DNA of 63,307 bases, filler included, from Reticulomyxa filosa (Eukaryota > Protista > Foraminifera): NCBI GenBank assembly GCA_000512085.1. It is 19 parts of 19 records of this genome, joined end to end, with 100 filler letters (N's around TTAATTAATTAA, not from the genome) between each part and the next. Parts side by side here need not be neighbours in the genome. Positions count along the whole stretch, not along the records: positions 21,557 to 23,755 come from ASPP01024809.1; positions 23,856 to 26,419 come from ASPP01023911.1; positions 26,520 to 31,929 come from ASPP01045864.1; positions 32,030 to 33,145 come from ASPP01044504.1; positions 33,246 to 36,692 come from ASPP01046700.1; positions 36,793 to 38,297 come from ASPP01001411.1; 13 more parts are not named here. One strand, 5' to 3'. The position numbers were made by a program, and so were the translations under genes. Positions 23,106-36,794 of the stretch are shown one piece after another; the first letter of the stretch is position 1, and each line of letters starts with the position of its first letter. The notes below the pieces were generated by a model that ran no database searches, had not been told where the DNA came from, and saw only the letters and a program-made list of their open reading frames with translations.

Positions 23106-23966
23106 ATCTAAAAAAATCTTTTTACAAAAAAAAAGAGAAAAATTACGAAAGGTATATTTTGACTTGGAAAAATTTAACATTACGCATTTTCAGTATATTC
23201 TAGTTTTATCCCTGATTTAAAATGTCTTTTTTGTTGTTTTTTCAAAATGGTCAAGTCACATATCATTTTTTTTAAATAGTTAAACTACTTACAAAAATTC
23301 AGTAGCATTGACAACATGGGTAATCAAAACACAGTTCACTTTCAAACTTTGAAGGCCTTAGTGTTCTAACGCAAATTTATATCTTGCTTTTTTCTGTTTC
23401 ATTATAAGCAATGGTTTTTTCTTTTTTGTAATAGCACTTAGATCACTTTGCTTTAACATATTTGTAGTTGTTGAACGAGAACCAGTAGCAAAATTTATCT
23501 TTCAATTTCTCTTATAACATCTCTTGATATAAAATCTTACCAGTTATAATATATATGACAATAATACGATGCAATATCAAAGGTATCTTTTGCGGACATC
23601 CAGTAAGTTGTTTTTTCAAAATTTTGCAATCTTTTTTAAAATTTAAAAACAATTTCATAACACAATCATTGTTAACTTTAAATTTTTGGGCACTTTACGA
23701 TAGCTTGAGCCATTTCGTACCATTTCGACAGCACGACCTTTCACAAAACAATCAANNNNNNNNNNNNNNNNNNNNNNNNNNNNNNNNNNNNNNNNNNNNT
23801 TAATTAATTAANNNNNNNNNNNNNNNNNNNNNNNNNNNNNNNNNNNNNNNNNNNNTTTTTTTTTTTTTTTGTAAATAGTGGTCACCCCTTTTCCCTCCCC
23901 CTTTTTTTTAAAATTTTTTTTTTTTTTTTTTTTATATATAATAAAAAAAAAAAAAAGGGGGAGCTA

Positions 23967-24401
23967 TTAGAGAATGTTAAAAAAAATCAATTTGGCAATA
24001 CCGACGGGTATGTTGGTTAAGTTGGTGCACAGTTTGTATGGATCGCTGACGAGCTTGACCTTGTTGGCTTCCTCATTGAGAAATACGAAGTGGACATCGG
24101 CGGGACTCCAAATGGCCGGATAGCTGCTTTCATCCAAGGACGAACCTGTGTTTAACACTGTCAGGTTGATTCGCTTGTTTTTGGAATTCAATCTTGGCGT
24201 TGTGGACATAAACTCTTGTGCCACGTAGTCCAGCCACAACTCTTTTGTGTTACTTGACTGTACCACGAGATTCACTACACCTTCTCTATCATCATCTTTT
24301 CTCGTCAAAAGGCCTGCTAATAGGCCTATCGTCACTATCAAAATGATAGTACAAGATATCGCAATCCCCCCAAGCAAAAATTTGTATTTTTTCCAATTCA
24401 T
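23967..24401 (-). CDS. Membrane-anchored bacterial-type solute-binding-domain protein (SBP_bac_11-like), first exon
   Basis: N-terminal TM anchor, then SSNTKELWLDYVAQEF...INLTVLNTGS...PAIWSPAD...LTNIPVGIA, matching the N-domain of bacterial SBP-vWA proteins as I recall it. Confidence 0.6.
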   Translation of the reverse strand: MNWKKYKFLLGGIAISCTIILIVTIGLLAGLLTRKDDDREGVVNLVVQSSNTKELWLDYVAQEFMSTTPRLNSKNKRINLTVLNTGSSLDESSYPAIWSPADVHFVFLNEEANKVKLVSDPYKLCTNLTNIPVGIAKLIFFNIL

Positions 24402-24973
24402 TTTTCAACATTCTTCAACATCCTTTTTTTTTTGTTGACGACCTGATATTTTCGACATAGTGAAAAACGGTTGTCATAAAATGTGATCAAAGAACATTTT
24501 TTTTTGTACACATAGCAAAAGTAACAAAAAAGTCGGGAATACTGTTTGTTTTTTTTTTGAAAAAATTGTTTGGGAAAAGCATATGTACACAATCACAAAA
24601 TGCAAGAGAAAATTATCTGCCATCTTTGCAATCTCTTGGTTGAGAAACTACCTTTTAAAAAACACCGTCGTTTTATCAAGCCAACAAGCATTTTTTTTTG
24701 TAAATCCGAATAAAGTCCGAATTGTTGACCAATAAAAGAAACTTGCGGTTATGCAAAACAAGTTCATAAGACACATTATATTCTCAAACAGGAAACAAAG
24801 TGATCCACAAAAAAACAAATGCTTGGAGGAAGATCTTGATAAGAGAGGAAAAAAGAGATTTTTGAGTAAATAAATAAAAAAAAAAGGAACATAAAATCCG
24901 AAGTAGGCACATGAGAAACAGCAACAGCAAAAAAATTGAATAAAAGAGTGCAGTGTGACGGAATATAAGTGGA

Positions 24974-26419
24974 TCAATGTCTCATCAAAGAGTCCGCGTT
25001 TAGAAGGGCGTGATTGGATTGGACAAACTCTTTGATTAAATCCAAGCTATGTTTGGCAGGGAGCAGTACTTTGTTTTTTGCCTTCATCAAAGAAAAAGGC
25101 ATAGCCGTCGACAGGTCCAGCTGTAACCCTTGCAACATCTCACTCATCTCCGACTGCACATTATCACCATTTACTTTGTTCATTTCAAACACCACTTGTG
25201 TGGCCTTCTTCATGTCACGGGCCAAGTATTCCATTTCTTCTTGTTTCTTGCGCTGATACCGTTTCGCACGTTCCCTCTTTTTATAAAATTTTTTTAAAAA
25301 ATTATTTACAAAAAGTATACGTATTCGGAGAAGCAAAAAAATAAAATAAAATAAAAAAAATACCAAGCGTAAAACAGCCATAGCATGTTCTCGGACCCGA
25401 CACTCGGCCACTTGATGAACGCCATCCAAGAAAAGATTGGCAGTCTTGATGTGTTCGTCCTGGGGCAAAATGGCATGTCTCCATTGTGCAAAGTCATACT
25501 GTAGCGACGGGGATAAGTCCGTGTGTTCTTTTTTTTGCAGTTGTGAAAGCAGTGTTTCATTGGTCCTTTGGCACGTGACTTGTTCATTGAATTGGATTTC
25601 TTGGCCAATTTTTGCATTCAATCGTCGCAGCAGTTCAGTTTGGCGCTGTCGTTTCTTCACCTTTCTTTGCAGCTTCTCCACTTGTGCATACGTACTGCTG
25701 CTATTACTATCACCACTATTGCTGTTGCTACTTACTGCAGCGTCAATGGCAATGGGCACAACATTCGTGTCCATCTGCTTGCACAATGTCCCAATCTTTG
25801 CTCCAAATGCATCACAAACTAGCAGCAAACTCCGCGTTATGCACTTAAACGAAGACTCGCTATCCATCGGTCCGTACACTTCTACTATCGATTTGCGCAT
25901 ACTTTCGAGCCATGCTTGTTCAAATCTTTTATTTTGTTTTTGTCAATGTTTTTTTTTTTTTTTTTTGAACAACACAGACACATTTATACAAATCGTCGGT
26001 ATACGTATAAAGATTTTACTTTTTATTATTATCTTCCGATTTGTGTTAAAAAAAATTAAACTTTTGCAAACAATGGATCCGAGAGTGATCGACAAAAACG
26101 CTTTGCAGAATGTCGGGAACAGGAAAGGGGGGAATGTTTAGGCTCAATTCGCGCCGTCGCAAGGGCTTGTTGTTGTGTGGTTGCTTATTTATCTTGGCCT
26201 TTGCCACCACGGCTTTGCTATTCAAAGGAGCATGTTTTTCTTTTTCTTGATCTTTTTCGTTGGGATTGCGCGTTTTGAGAACTTCTGGGACTTTGTCCTT
26301 GGTGTTGCCTCTTTGCACTTTGGCAACGAGGTCGTAACTGTTCTCGATGTAACCCGTTTCTTTTGCCTTGTAAGCAAATTCTCTCGTGGTTTGCTCATTT
26401 GCTATTACTGTTGCTGTTG
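24974..26419 (-). CDS. Multi-exon hypothetical coiled-coil protein, 5' incomplete
   Basis: Long charged helical ORF segments separated by A/T-rich introns. Confidence 0.5.
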
Positions 26420-29400
26420 NNNNNNNNNNNNNNNNNNNNNNNNNNNNNNNNNNNNNNNNNNNNTTAATTAATTAANNNNNNNNNNNNNNNNNNNNNNNNN
26501 NNNNNNNNNNNNNNNNNNNTAATGAATTACTTTCTAAGTGATAAACCATCTCATTGGAGTTCTCATTTTTAAAAGATTATTGTTGATAATCATTCATTTT
26601 TCTGACAGTCTTTTTATTTAATGAATGAGCATTTGCACTTATTTCTAGCTAAGATTTTGTTGTATGTATGTCCTTCATCAATAAACTAAGCATTTCTACT
26701 CATCGTATGACATCCATTTCACATTTCATAAATGTACTCGTTTTCCACAAATTTTTTTTATTTTTCTCTTAAAGTGGCTTTATTGCACATTTGCTGTCAT
26801 TCCATTTCAGTGTATGGTAAGAAAGGGGACAAACGGAGGAGAAAAATTTAGTGCAAAGCTGGCTACTTCGGTGTCAAAATGAAGCTATCGTTGGTAGATG
26901 AAATTATATTGATAATACTGCAAGTCTTAACTGCAGTTCTAGCGACGTCAAGTGTAAGCAGCGTGGTCAAAGAAAACTCAAACGAAAACGGCTCAATATA
27001 TTCAAATAATCAACACAACATTGGCACATTAATGACATCATCGAACCACTCTGCCAGACAAATGTGGAAATGCATGCGATGTTATCAGCGTAATAAAAAT
27101 GTTGGTGCAATTGAAAAATGTAAGTATACGTGTTATCAAAAGCACGTAAATGATCACAATGCAGTCCAAGAAGACATATTCCAAAACGCGGACTATGGAT
27201 ATCTTTACAACTTCAAGAATATCATCGGTGTCTTTACACTAAAATACAGGTAAATAACAGCGGCAGAAAGATCTAATGAAAAAAAAATGTTCATGAAAAA
27301 AAAAGGGAGGTTTACGTATACCAAGAGAAAGTAAGGGTGAAGATAGATTGTATGTATGATGGATTTGATTTAAAATGGAATTTTTTTAAAAAACATAAAC
27401 ATAGTGTATGCGCAAGTATTGAAGTAGATGGTGGATGTAATAATGATGACAAGCTCACCACAGTCGAAAGTGTGCAAATGGTTTGGGCGTCCAGTAGCGC
27501 AAATAGCATTTGATAGATGTCTTGTGACAAATTGCTCCAATATCACGATGGCGCGAATGCCGAACTTGGATATCAACAATATATACAATGGCAGCAATTC
27601 TGGCTTTTCAACGTATCTCGCTCCAAACAAGACAAATTGCAAGTACAAATTTATTCAAAATTCAACTTGCCCGTCCAAGTCATTATCATCAACACGCAAA
27701 ACGCTGCATCAACAAATCTCTATTCCACAAGTCACAAGCCAATCATCAAGCAAAATTGTTCAAGTTCTGTTCGATATTTCAATGTTAGATTCTTTTTTTT
27801 TTTTTATTACTTTTTTAAAAAACAAACAAAAAAAAATTTGTACAGGTTGTACGATGTGGCGCAAAAAAGAAACATGGACGACACGGGCGACAATGATAAC
27901 AATGGCAACCAAATTTCCATCAAAATGTGCACCAATAATTGTTGCTGATTGGGCCATGTGTCAAGTCGTCATTACGTGGATCAGCACCTGCCTTATGTGG
28001 TAGAAGCGCTGTTAGCGCAAAGGAGGATGTTTGCAACAACACAACTGACCAGCAATCGAATTGCAAGTCAGTGGTGGTGTCAACCCTTTTTTGTGCAGCA
28101 GAGCTACTTCCACGAGGCATGGTCTATCCAGCAGCGCTTATGCTATCACTTCGCACTCATTAAACAAACAGCTTGCATTGCCCATTCTCATATATCAATA
28201 CATTGACCACGTCATGTCAAACATTAACAACAGCGCAATCTATTTATGGGAAACTTCGTTGCTATGTGTCGAACAAACTAACAGCAACCTCCACATTAAA
28301 ATGTAATCATGCGGTCTTGTAAAGTTATTATTTTCTTAATTTTATTGTTGTAATAATAATATAAAGATGTGTTTTTGTTGTTAATTGTATAGTGCAAATA
28401 GTGGAAGGCAAGCAATGAAAAACATTACTACAATGTGAGTCTGTGTGGTGAAGTGCGAGATGGGCAAATGCGATTGCGAAATATCAATGAAGGTAATCTA
28501 TTGTGTTTTTAATTTTGTTCAACTTGTAAATATAGTGTATTGCTTAAATAGGACAATTTGTGATAAAAAGAAAAAAAGAATACGGGGTAGAAACCATCCC
28601 CGTCTCCGAAAGGAGGAATAAAGGTTTGTTGTATTTGTATTTTTTAAAAATATGTTTAACTGTTGTATTTTGTATTATGCAACATAGGTTCCCCTGCCCG
28701 CAATCTCGTTACGATTATATGTCACTTCCCTTTCACACAAAAGAAAAAAAAAAGAAAAATCGGGGTTGAAATCTATCCCTGTATCCTCAACGAGGAAAAA
28801 TGGTGTGTATTATCTATATTTGTTTACATACGCAGATATTCTTTTATTGGTAATATTGTTGTGGTTGTGTGGTTCAATAGGATTCCCCTTCAAAGAAAAA
28901 ATATGTATACTTATTTATTTATTTGCCCCCTCCCCCCCCCACACATAAAAAAAAGTGTTGTTAGTCTTTATAGGAAACATAAGTGAAGATGAAGCCCAAG
29001 TAATAGTTAAATATCTTTTTTTAGTATATTATTTAAAGATTATAAAATGTAACTTTGTTTGTGTGCATATAGGTTATGAGCAACAAAGTGGCAGCAGGTA
29101 CCTATGAAAGGGGAGTTGGAAAAGGGAAAATTAAGAATAAGGGAGAATAAAAAAAAATGTAATAATAAAAGAAAAAAATGTGAAGAAAAAAAGTAGTAAT
29201 AAGAAAAAAAAAAAGATAATAAAAAGAAAAAAGAAAAATAGAAAAATGGAAAAAAGGAAAAAAGGAAAAAGGAAAATAGAAAAATTGAAAAAAATGAAAA
29301 AAGAAAAAAGAAAAAAAAAGATAGAAAAAATAAAAAAGCTAGGAAAAAAAATAATGAAAAAGAAATAATAAAGAAAGTAAAAGAAAAAAGATTAAAGTTA

Positions 29401-31311
29401 AAAATATATTAACTATTTTTGTCCTTATCTCTAAACAATTTGTTTTTGTTTTTTTTCCAATACTAGAATACGTTAAGTCCGATGGCGTAATGGTGGAATC
29501 ACAATTGGAGAAGAAGACTCGCAAAAAATCGAAGCAAAGTCTGCCTAGTAATAAACATTTTCGTGCGTGGATCTCCATCACTTTGCCAACAGACAGTTGC
29601 CGATTTCAACATCGAATACCTAACTCAACAACCCAAGTCCGAAGAGCTGGAAGAAGAAATCGCAAAACCAATTTGCATGCTTTTGTTGTCCTTAAATGAG
29701 GCAAGCAAGACATTTCCTTTCATTTTATTCACTGACGATGCTTTGTGTTCTTTCATGTTTGTGTACATTCTTTAGTGTCACAAATATTTTATATACATAA
29801 TATATATATATTGTTTGAAGAGAAAATCAATGACGTAAACATAGATATAAACTGTGCATGAGAATTCTGTTGATTTGTCTGAAAAAGAAGCCAGCCGAAT
29901 CCACAACAAATGATGCTTCTTCAAGACTCTCGCGCATGGACTAAACAATATAAATTGGAAACGACCATATTGGATAGCATCTTTGGTCAGATTGCGGACA
30001 AATACCAATATGTTCGTGTATGTTGTATGTTTGCACATATAAATTAGTGAATAAATCAAATAGCAAAAGCAATAAACAAAAACAAAACAAAAACAAAAAA
30101 CAAAGCAAAAAAACGATATGATTGTGAGAATAGAATTACTGCACTGCAGACATTCTAATGGCGCTAAATTTCTTGCAAGAAATGAAAGATTTGAAAATGC
30201 GAGCACAAGAAGCACATGAAGACTTGAAGGTTCGTAAAATATTGAAAATTGGCAAGCAAGCATTCCCTTCGATGCAAGAGCAGCTGCAACAAATTACAAA
30301 TGACAAACTTTGTACTATCCACGAAAGTATCTGACTGGGAAAAAGATTGGATCAATCTATAAATGGGTGAATTTTCATTCTAGACCACAAATACAAAAAC
30401 TATATATTATATCTGCATGCACACTTATATATATATTTTTAAAAATATATATGTATATGAATATCTGCTTTATTTAAAAAAAAAAACAACATAAAAACAA
30501 AATAATTAGTACAAATGAGTTTCAAATACAACGATCATTTACAGGAATTGCAAAAGTCGATTTCAAGCACAAATTTGACGGAGCAACGCCTGACTTTGGA
30601 AATAAGCGCATAATGCTGTCCTCCAAGATATTATTGACATGTTTGTGATTGCTTTTTTTTTTTTTTTTTTAATTCCTTTGTTTGAGGCATTTCAATTGTT
30701 TGTTGACACAGCTTGTATTTGATAGATTTGGAAACATTGTCCGGTGAAAGATTACAAATTTTAACAACATACACAGTAATTATCTTCCAAACTGCCTTCA
30801 TTTAAGGAAATTTTGGAAAAAAGTTTGTGGAATTACTCAAAATAGGCGAATTGGACACAGCCATGGTAATCAGTGAATAATGGAGCAATCATTCTATTTG
30901 ACGTTGGAAAGCAAGTTTCGAATTGTCGTGAAATGTTATTTACCGCTATTCGTGGGTGCGGATTCTGCTACTGGAGACGACTGCTTGCCTTTGGTTAGCA
31001 ATCTATTTATCTCTTGACTTTTCGATCGAGTAAATCGTATCAAAAGATATATGCTTCAAATATAAATACATAATTCATAATAATAAGAGCCAAAGTTTGA
31101 TCACTTATCATCACGATTACAAACAATAAAGATCATTATTTAAGAAAAAAATTAAGATAAATATTTTATTGGCGATTGTGGCTGTTCATAACTTTGTGTA
31201 TTCCATTTTTGGACAACCAACTACATCTCATCTACTAATGCTTTTAGAGCCGAGCAAAAGCGAGCAACAGCGACATGAAAAGTAAGAGTCAAGAAAATAG
31301 TCGAGCCAGTA

Positions 31312-31851
31312 ATGGTTACTTCAAGTATTTCTTGTGGACCTAAAAAAGATTGCAAAAATAAGAGATTATTTGATCAAATCCACGGAATCACAAAAATGGG
31401 GAGCATCCACCTGGCGACACTGGTGCCTACAGCTACAACTCCACAAAACAAAGACTCCATATCTACGAAAAGTGTTGATCAAACAGTAGCCAATACTGAA
31501 TATCCTAATGAACCGTCTACGGCTAGCGCGAAGGGAAAGAGCATCCGTGGAAAAAAATTGTTGAATGTTTGGGCCAAAGAGAAACAAGGAATTATGGATA
31601 TCGCCACGGGAATATTAGAAATAAAAAGAGTCAGTACTGACACTGATACCAAAGGACCATCATCCCTCCCAATTCCAATTCCAATTCCAATTCCAATTGA
31701 ACAGGGCTCAAGTAACAATAACACATCTCCTCCAGCTAAAATTTTGCAAATACCAAACAATCAGCAGCCAGATCCCAGTAATGTTATTGAAGAAAGGCAA
31801 TCAGAAAAAGGTAACAAAACAAACTTTATCACAATAGAAAGCCCTCATTAA
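31312..31851 (+). CDS. Low-complexity hypothetical exon (PIPIPIP repeat)
   Basis: 179-aa ORF with coding-like composition; no recognisable domain. Confidence 0.35.
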   Translation: MVTSSISCGPKKDCKNKRLFDQIHGITKMGSIHLATLVPTATTPQNKDSISTKSVDQTVANTEYPNEPSTASAKGKSIRGKKLLNVWAKEKQGIMDIATGILEIKRVSTDTDTKGPSSLPIPIPIPIPIEQGSSNNNTSPPAKILQIPNNQQPDPSNVIEERQSEKGNKTNFITIESPH

Positions 31852-32066
31852 TCTCTTTTGTTGCTGTGAATGTTTTGGTACTGAAGAAGAAGAAGAAGAA
31901 GAAGAAAAGAAACACAATGATTTCCACATNNNNNNNNNNNNNNNNNNNNNNNNNNNNNNNNNNNNNNNNNNNNTTAATTAATTAANNNNNNNNNNNNNNN
32001 NNNNNNNNNNNNNNNNNNNNNNNNNNNNNTAAATTAAAATAATATTATTTTAATTTAGGATTTGAT

Positions 32067-32612
32067 ATGTTTGAACACGGCAAGCAAGTTGCAATTGAAT
32101 CGGATTTTCAATATGAAAACAATGCCGAAGTTTTAAACAGCTTAGATCCGACAATGGAAAAAGAAAATGAAAAGATAGAAACAAAAATAAATGAAATTAC
32201 CACATCCGTTGAAAAGTACAAGATAGTTAGAAAAAGTATTTCAATGGTGACAGCATTTCCAAATATGTTTTGCGTAGAACTGGAGATAACAAGTATCAAT
32301 TTTTACATAAATCTTGTCAAGAATATTATGCGGCACAAAAAATTATATTTGATATCATTTTATGGAAGCCAAATACTATCAATTTTACCAACCAAGAATT
32401 TCAGCAATTTGAAATAAACGTTTCAAATTTGCTTCTTAATCGCAAATTGTTAAATGAGGAATTAGGAATCCTTAAATTCATGGTGAGCGATTCATGACAC
32501 AAATCCAATATTTGTTAATTTAAAATCCGACTATTTCGTATCATTGAAGCCTCAAAAACAAATGAAAATGTCAGTATTGCTGCGGCTAACGCAATTACAA
32601 TACTCAACTATG
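32067..32612 (+). pseudogene. NACHT/STAND NTPase C-terminal (winged-helix/HD2) fragment, frameshifted
   Basis: YQFLHKSCQEYYAAQKI motif followed by IIEASKTNENVSIAAANAITILN. A frameshift and a stop interrupt the frame. Confidence 0.75.
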
Positions 32613-33918
32613 AACTTGATCTCTTCCGTATTCGTTTTGTTTTGTTTCGTGTTGTGAGTGTGTCAGTTCTCAACTCGTTTGGCGGCTGACAAAATCACTC
32701 TTGTGTGTCGAGGGGTACCAACACTACGTTTTCAACAGTCACACAAACAAAATGTATTGTTTTCGTCTTCTCATCCCTTTAAGTGAAATAATAACAAAAA
32801 AAAAAAAAATAACGCGCGGACATGTTTGGAATCTGTGCTTGACCTACTTTTATCGTGCCTGTTCCCTATCATCAAGGTGAAAGTATCACAGTTAACAAAG
32901 AGACCACACACATTGTTATCACTATCTCTTAATTTGGTTGCAATTTTGATATAATTAATCAGCCATTTCTTATATTCATTGATATTTGCAGTATTCCATC
33001 GAAAATATGAAACAATATAAGGTTGTATTAATTCGGAATTATTATCATTATTTATTGATACAATCTTTGGATGAAGCGTTTTGGATGGAACTGTATTCAT
33101 CCATCAACTGTTTTACACAAACTTAAATAAATACAATGACCATCANNNNNNNNNNNNNNNNNNNNNNNNNNNNNNNNNNNNNNNNNNNNTTAATTAATTA
33201 ANNNNNNNNNNNNNNNNNNNNNNNNNNNNNNNNNNNNNNNNNNNNGGAACTGAGGAGCTCCCTTTGGGTTAAACCTCCTCAACAAACTACCTCTTACTTG
33301 TTTTCTCTCTTACTCCTTTTGTCTTTGATTTATTCTTTAATTTACTTTTATTTCCTGAAAGTCACTCTCGTTGAGAGTAACACTCTTTCGTATTACATTT
33401 AGTAAAGCTCTTCACTGTAGACTCCCCACAGTTTGGGTCTCGTTATTCACAACAAACGATCTTAATCATTTATGTTTAACTGCTTTTTTTTTTTGGAAAA
33501 AACCAAATTTAAGTAAGACCCTTTTGAAAAAAAATTAAACAACTGAAAAAAAGAAGTTTGATGCATGAAAAATTGTGTCAGGTATACTGTTAAGGCATTA
33601 ATCATGTTTTGTACGGCCTCACGTTAGTACGAGAATAATCTAGTTGACTACCGACTGCTGGGGTCGCGGGTGGTATGCATGTGAAGACATCCAGTTTTGG
33701 TTAGATCAGATTTTTTTTTCCAAAAATATTATTATTGTACAAAAAGAACATTTAGTTTTTTTTAATGGAGATAATGGAAAAAATAAAAGGATGATTTACT
33801 CAGAAATAATAACAATCCACAATATATTTCGACAATGTACAATAGTCAAAAAAAACAAATCTCACAACGGTGAAAAAAACAAAAATCAAACGAATAAACA
33901 GAAAGATAGTGGACTTAT

Positions 33919-34290
33919 TTAACACTCTTTTGTTGCCGCTGCTTGAATCGTTTCGTGGGCCTGTTGCAAGAGCAGCATTCGAGCAGACATGCACTTTGGC
34001 TTTCCGTCACTATCCACATTTTCAGATGTTTTGCTGATGTTGCGATTTGCATTACTTGCCAAGGTCATGTCAACTTCATGTGGCTTGTCTAATGTTTCTG
34101 GAGTGATATCATGGTTTATGCTGTTTTGCTTGCGATTCGCTGTCAAATCAGACGTCTGCGTTGTGTCCACTTCGGTGCTGCTTTGTACGTCCATTACTTT
34201 CTGTTTACCGTTGCTTGTTGCCACCAGTTTGTTATCAATATTGTTTCGTTCACGTATCCCAGTTCCTTCAAGGTGTCATACGTGTTTCTA
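33919..34290 (-). CDS. Hypothetical polar exon
   Basis: ORF of coding-like composition within AT-rich DNA; no domain recognised. Confidence 0.3.
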
Positions 34291-35552
34291 AATATAAAAA
34301 TAAAAACAGATAATCATAATATAATATTAATATGAATTCATCCAAGATCGTTTTGAATGTTTTTATTCGGCCAAACAAAAAAAAGTACAAACTGAAACGA
34401 TTATATATTGAAATGCATTTTAAGTTGCTTCATCATCACTGAACTGATCGATGTCGTGTAAATCAATACTTAAAATATCATTCTAAATTGATATATGATC
34501 TGTCGTATGTTGCTAGTATTGATACGTCGGACCTAAGAAAAACTGTGTTATTAATGCTTTTTGATTTGTCGATTTTTTGTTCACTTTGTACATTTTTAGT
34601 ATTTTGTTATTTGTTCTTTAGATTATATGCATGTGAAAAAAAAATCTTTATTATTTTGACACTTACGCATTATGTTAATTAAATAAATATTTTCTTTAAC
34701 ATGTAATAACAAAAATCGTTTATATTAATATTGAATTACTTAATAAAAATTTAGTGTCATTTTTTATTAATTTTGGAACATTTTCATTTTTAACTGTTTT
34801 AAAAAATAAATTACTTTTTAAAAAAAAGTATTTACAAGTGTGAATGTGGTCCTAATTTTTTATTTTCTTATTTGTAATTGTTGTTTTTTGTTTAAAACTT
34901 CAGTCAGCAGGTGGTAAAAACGTTCTTTGAATATTGATAGACTTCTCTGAGCGCTATAATAAAAATACTGTCAACTATCACAAGATAACGACAAAACGAA
35001 ACTATATGAAAAATAAATTGCAAAAACGATGACAAGACAAAATGAAAAGAACAAGAAGAAACAAAAAAAGCAAGTAGATATTTGAAGAAGAGAAATATAC
35101 AGTATTGAATGAAAAGGTTAAAAGTCTGTAAGACCGGATGAGACATCATAAGCAGCAACACCGCATAAGCACAAACAAAATATATTACAAAAATCTGAAA
35201 CACAAAGAGAACAAATTTGTTTAAACACAAAGTTTTTTTTGTTTTCACTTTCTAAAGTTAAAAATTCGTAACAAATATTTGGGGACTATCAAAATACTTT
35301 TAATTTAAGAAGATCTTTTCGAATGAATTTTGGGAATATGCTACCTTTTTTTTAAAATAATTGCACAATAGTGCATTTATATCGATCTTCTTTTAGGAAC
35401 AAATGAATGAATGAGATAGATTACGAATAAATCGTGGAATGGTCATGGAAAACAAAAAGTAAATAAATAAAAAACAAAACGAAAATAAATAAATAAAAGC
35501 ATGCCAAAAACTCTTTTCTTTGTTTTTTTTTAATATCACCATCATTTAATAA

Positions 35553-36692
35553 TTAGTCATCGTCCTCTTCTTCTTCTTCAGGTAAAAAAATGCTTTCATC
35601 GCTGCTGCTTGAGTCACGTTTTTTAAGTCGGGTGTTGGATTTCTTTTGATTTGTAATTTTATTTTCTTTATCTTCACTGTCATCACTTTCATCATCGTCA
35701 TTACCTTTATGTTCACTGACACTAGAGCTCTCATCATCGATCACAATTTCTTTGATTGATGATTTTTTGGTTTCCTTTTCTTTTTCTTGTTCTTGTTCTT
35801 TTTCTTTTTCTTTTCTTTTTCTTTTTCTTTTTCTTTTTGTCTACGTCGAAGTATTTCTTCAAGTGGTATAAGCATTTCATCATCACTGTTATTATCACCC
35901 ACACTAGCGAAAGGATCAGAAAGTTTATTTTTTGAAGTTGTGATCTTGGAATAAGTTTTATTTTGATTTTTGGATTCAGTATTTAATTTGGAATCACTAC
36001 AAATATTAAGAGTAGTTTGTTTCATATTTTTTGTTTTTTGGATGCGGAGGATTGAGGAATTGGAGATTTAGTAATAATAATATTATCTTCTTTTGTATTA
36101 CCTTCTTTTATATTATCTTCAATTTTGTCAATAGTTCTTTTTTGAGGTTTTTTTTTAGTACCAGTTGTTTTATTTGTATTTATAAGTTCTTGTTTAATAT
36201 CTTCGATATTGAGTGGAGTATAGGTATTAGATTGAGATATATTTGTATTTGTTTTTTTTCCTCTTCCTTTTCCTTTTTTTTTTCTTTTTCTTCAGTAGCA
36301 TTAGCATTTCTTGCTTGTTTTCTAGCTGTTTCTAATTCTTGATTATATTCATTTTCAAATTTATCTAAGGCATCTTCTAATGCTTGTAAATCACGAAGCC
36401 ATAATTCATTAATAGGAGTATTTTCTAATGTTTCAAGTTCTTTTTTTTGTTGTTTTTCTTTTTCGAGTAATTTTTCAATTGTTTCTTGAGATAAAGTATC
36501 CATTGGTAATTTTAATAAATAATCAAATCCTTTACCAATATGAGAATTATTTGATGTTGATGTTGATTTTGATTTTGATTTTAATTTTGATTTAGATTCT
36601 TCTTCTTCTTCTTCTTCTTGTTCTTCTTCTTCTTCTATATCTCTTTCTTCTTCATCATTAACATTATCATTATCATTATCATTATCATTATC
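35553..36692 (-). CDS. TOP2: DNA topoisomerase II, C-terminal region and charged tail
   Basis: GFDYLLKLPMDTLSQETIEKLL...TPINELWLRDL parallels Top2 FDYLL.MPLWSLT.EK.E.L...DLW..DL. An acidic insertion and a K/E/D-rich tail follow. Confidence 0.85.
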
Positions 36693-36794
36693 NNNNNNNN
36701 NNNNNNNNNNNNNNNNNNNNNNNNNNNNNNNNNNNNTTAATTAATTAANNNNNNNNNNNNNNNNNNNNNNNNNNNNNNNNNNNNNNNNNNNNAA

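Noticed and set aside
26879-28500. Overlapping ORFs suggesting a secreted protein
   Set aside because: The frames conflict, stops are frequent and no motif is recognisable, so no gene model could be supported.
29130-29400. Lys-rich ORF 29180-29368
   Set aside because: Translation of an A-rich low-complexity tract, probably non-coding.
29460-31060. Possible VPS9-domain gene (GADSATGDDCLPL near 30955)
   Set aside because: Only one short motif resemblance amid stops; insufficient evidence.
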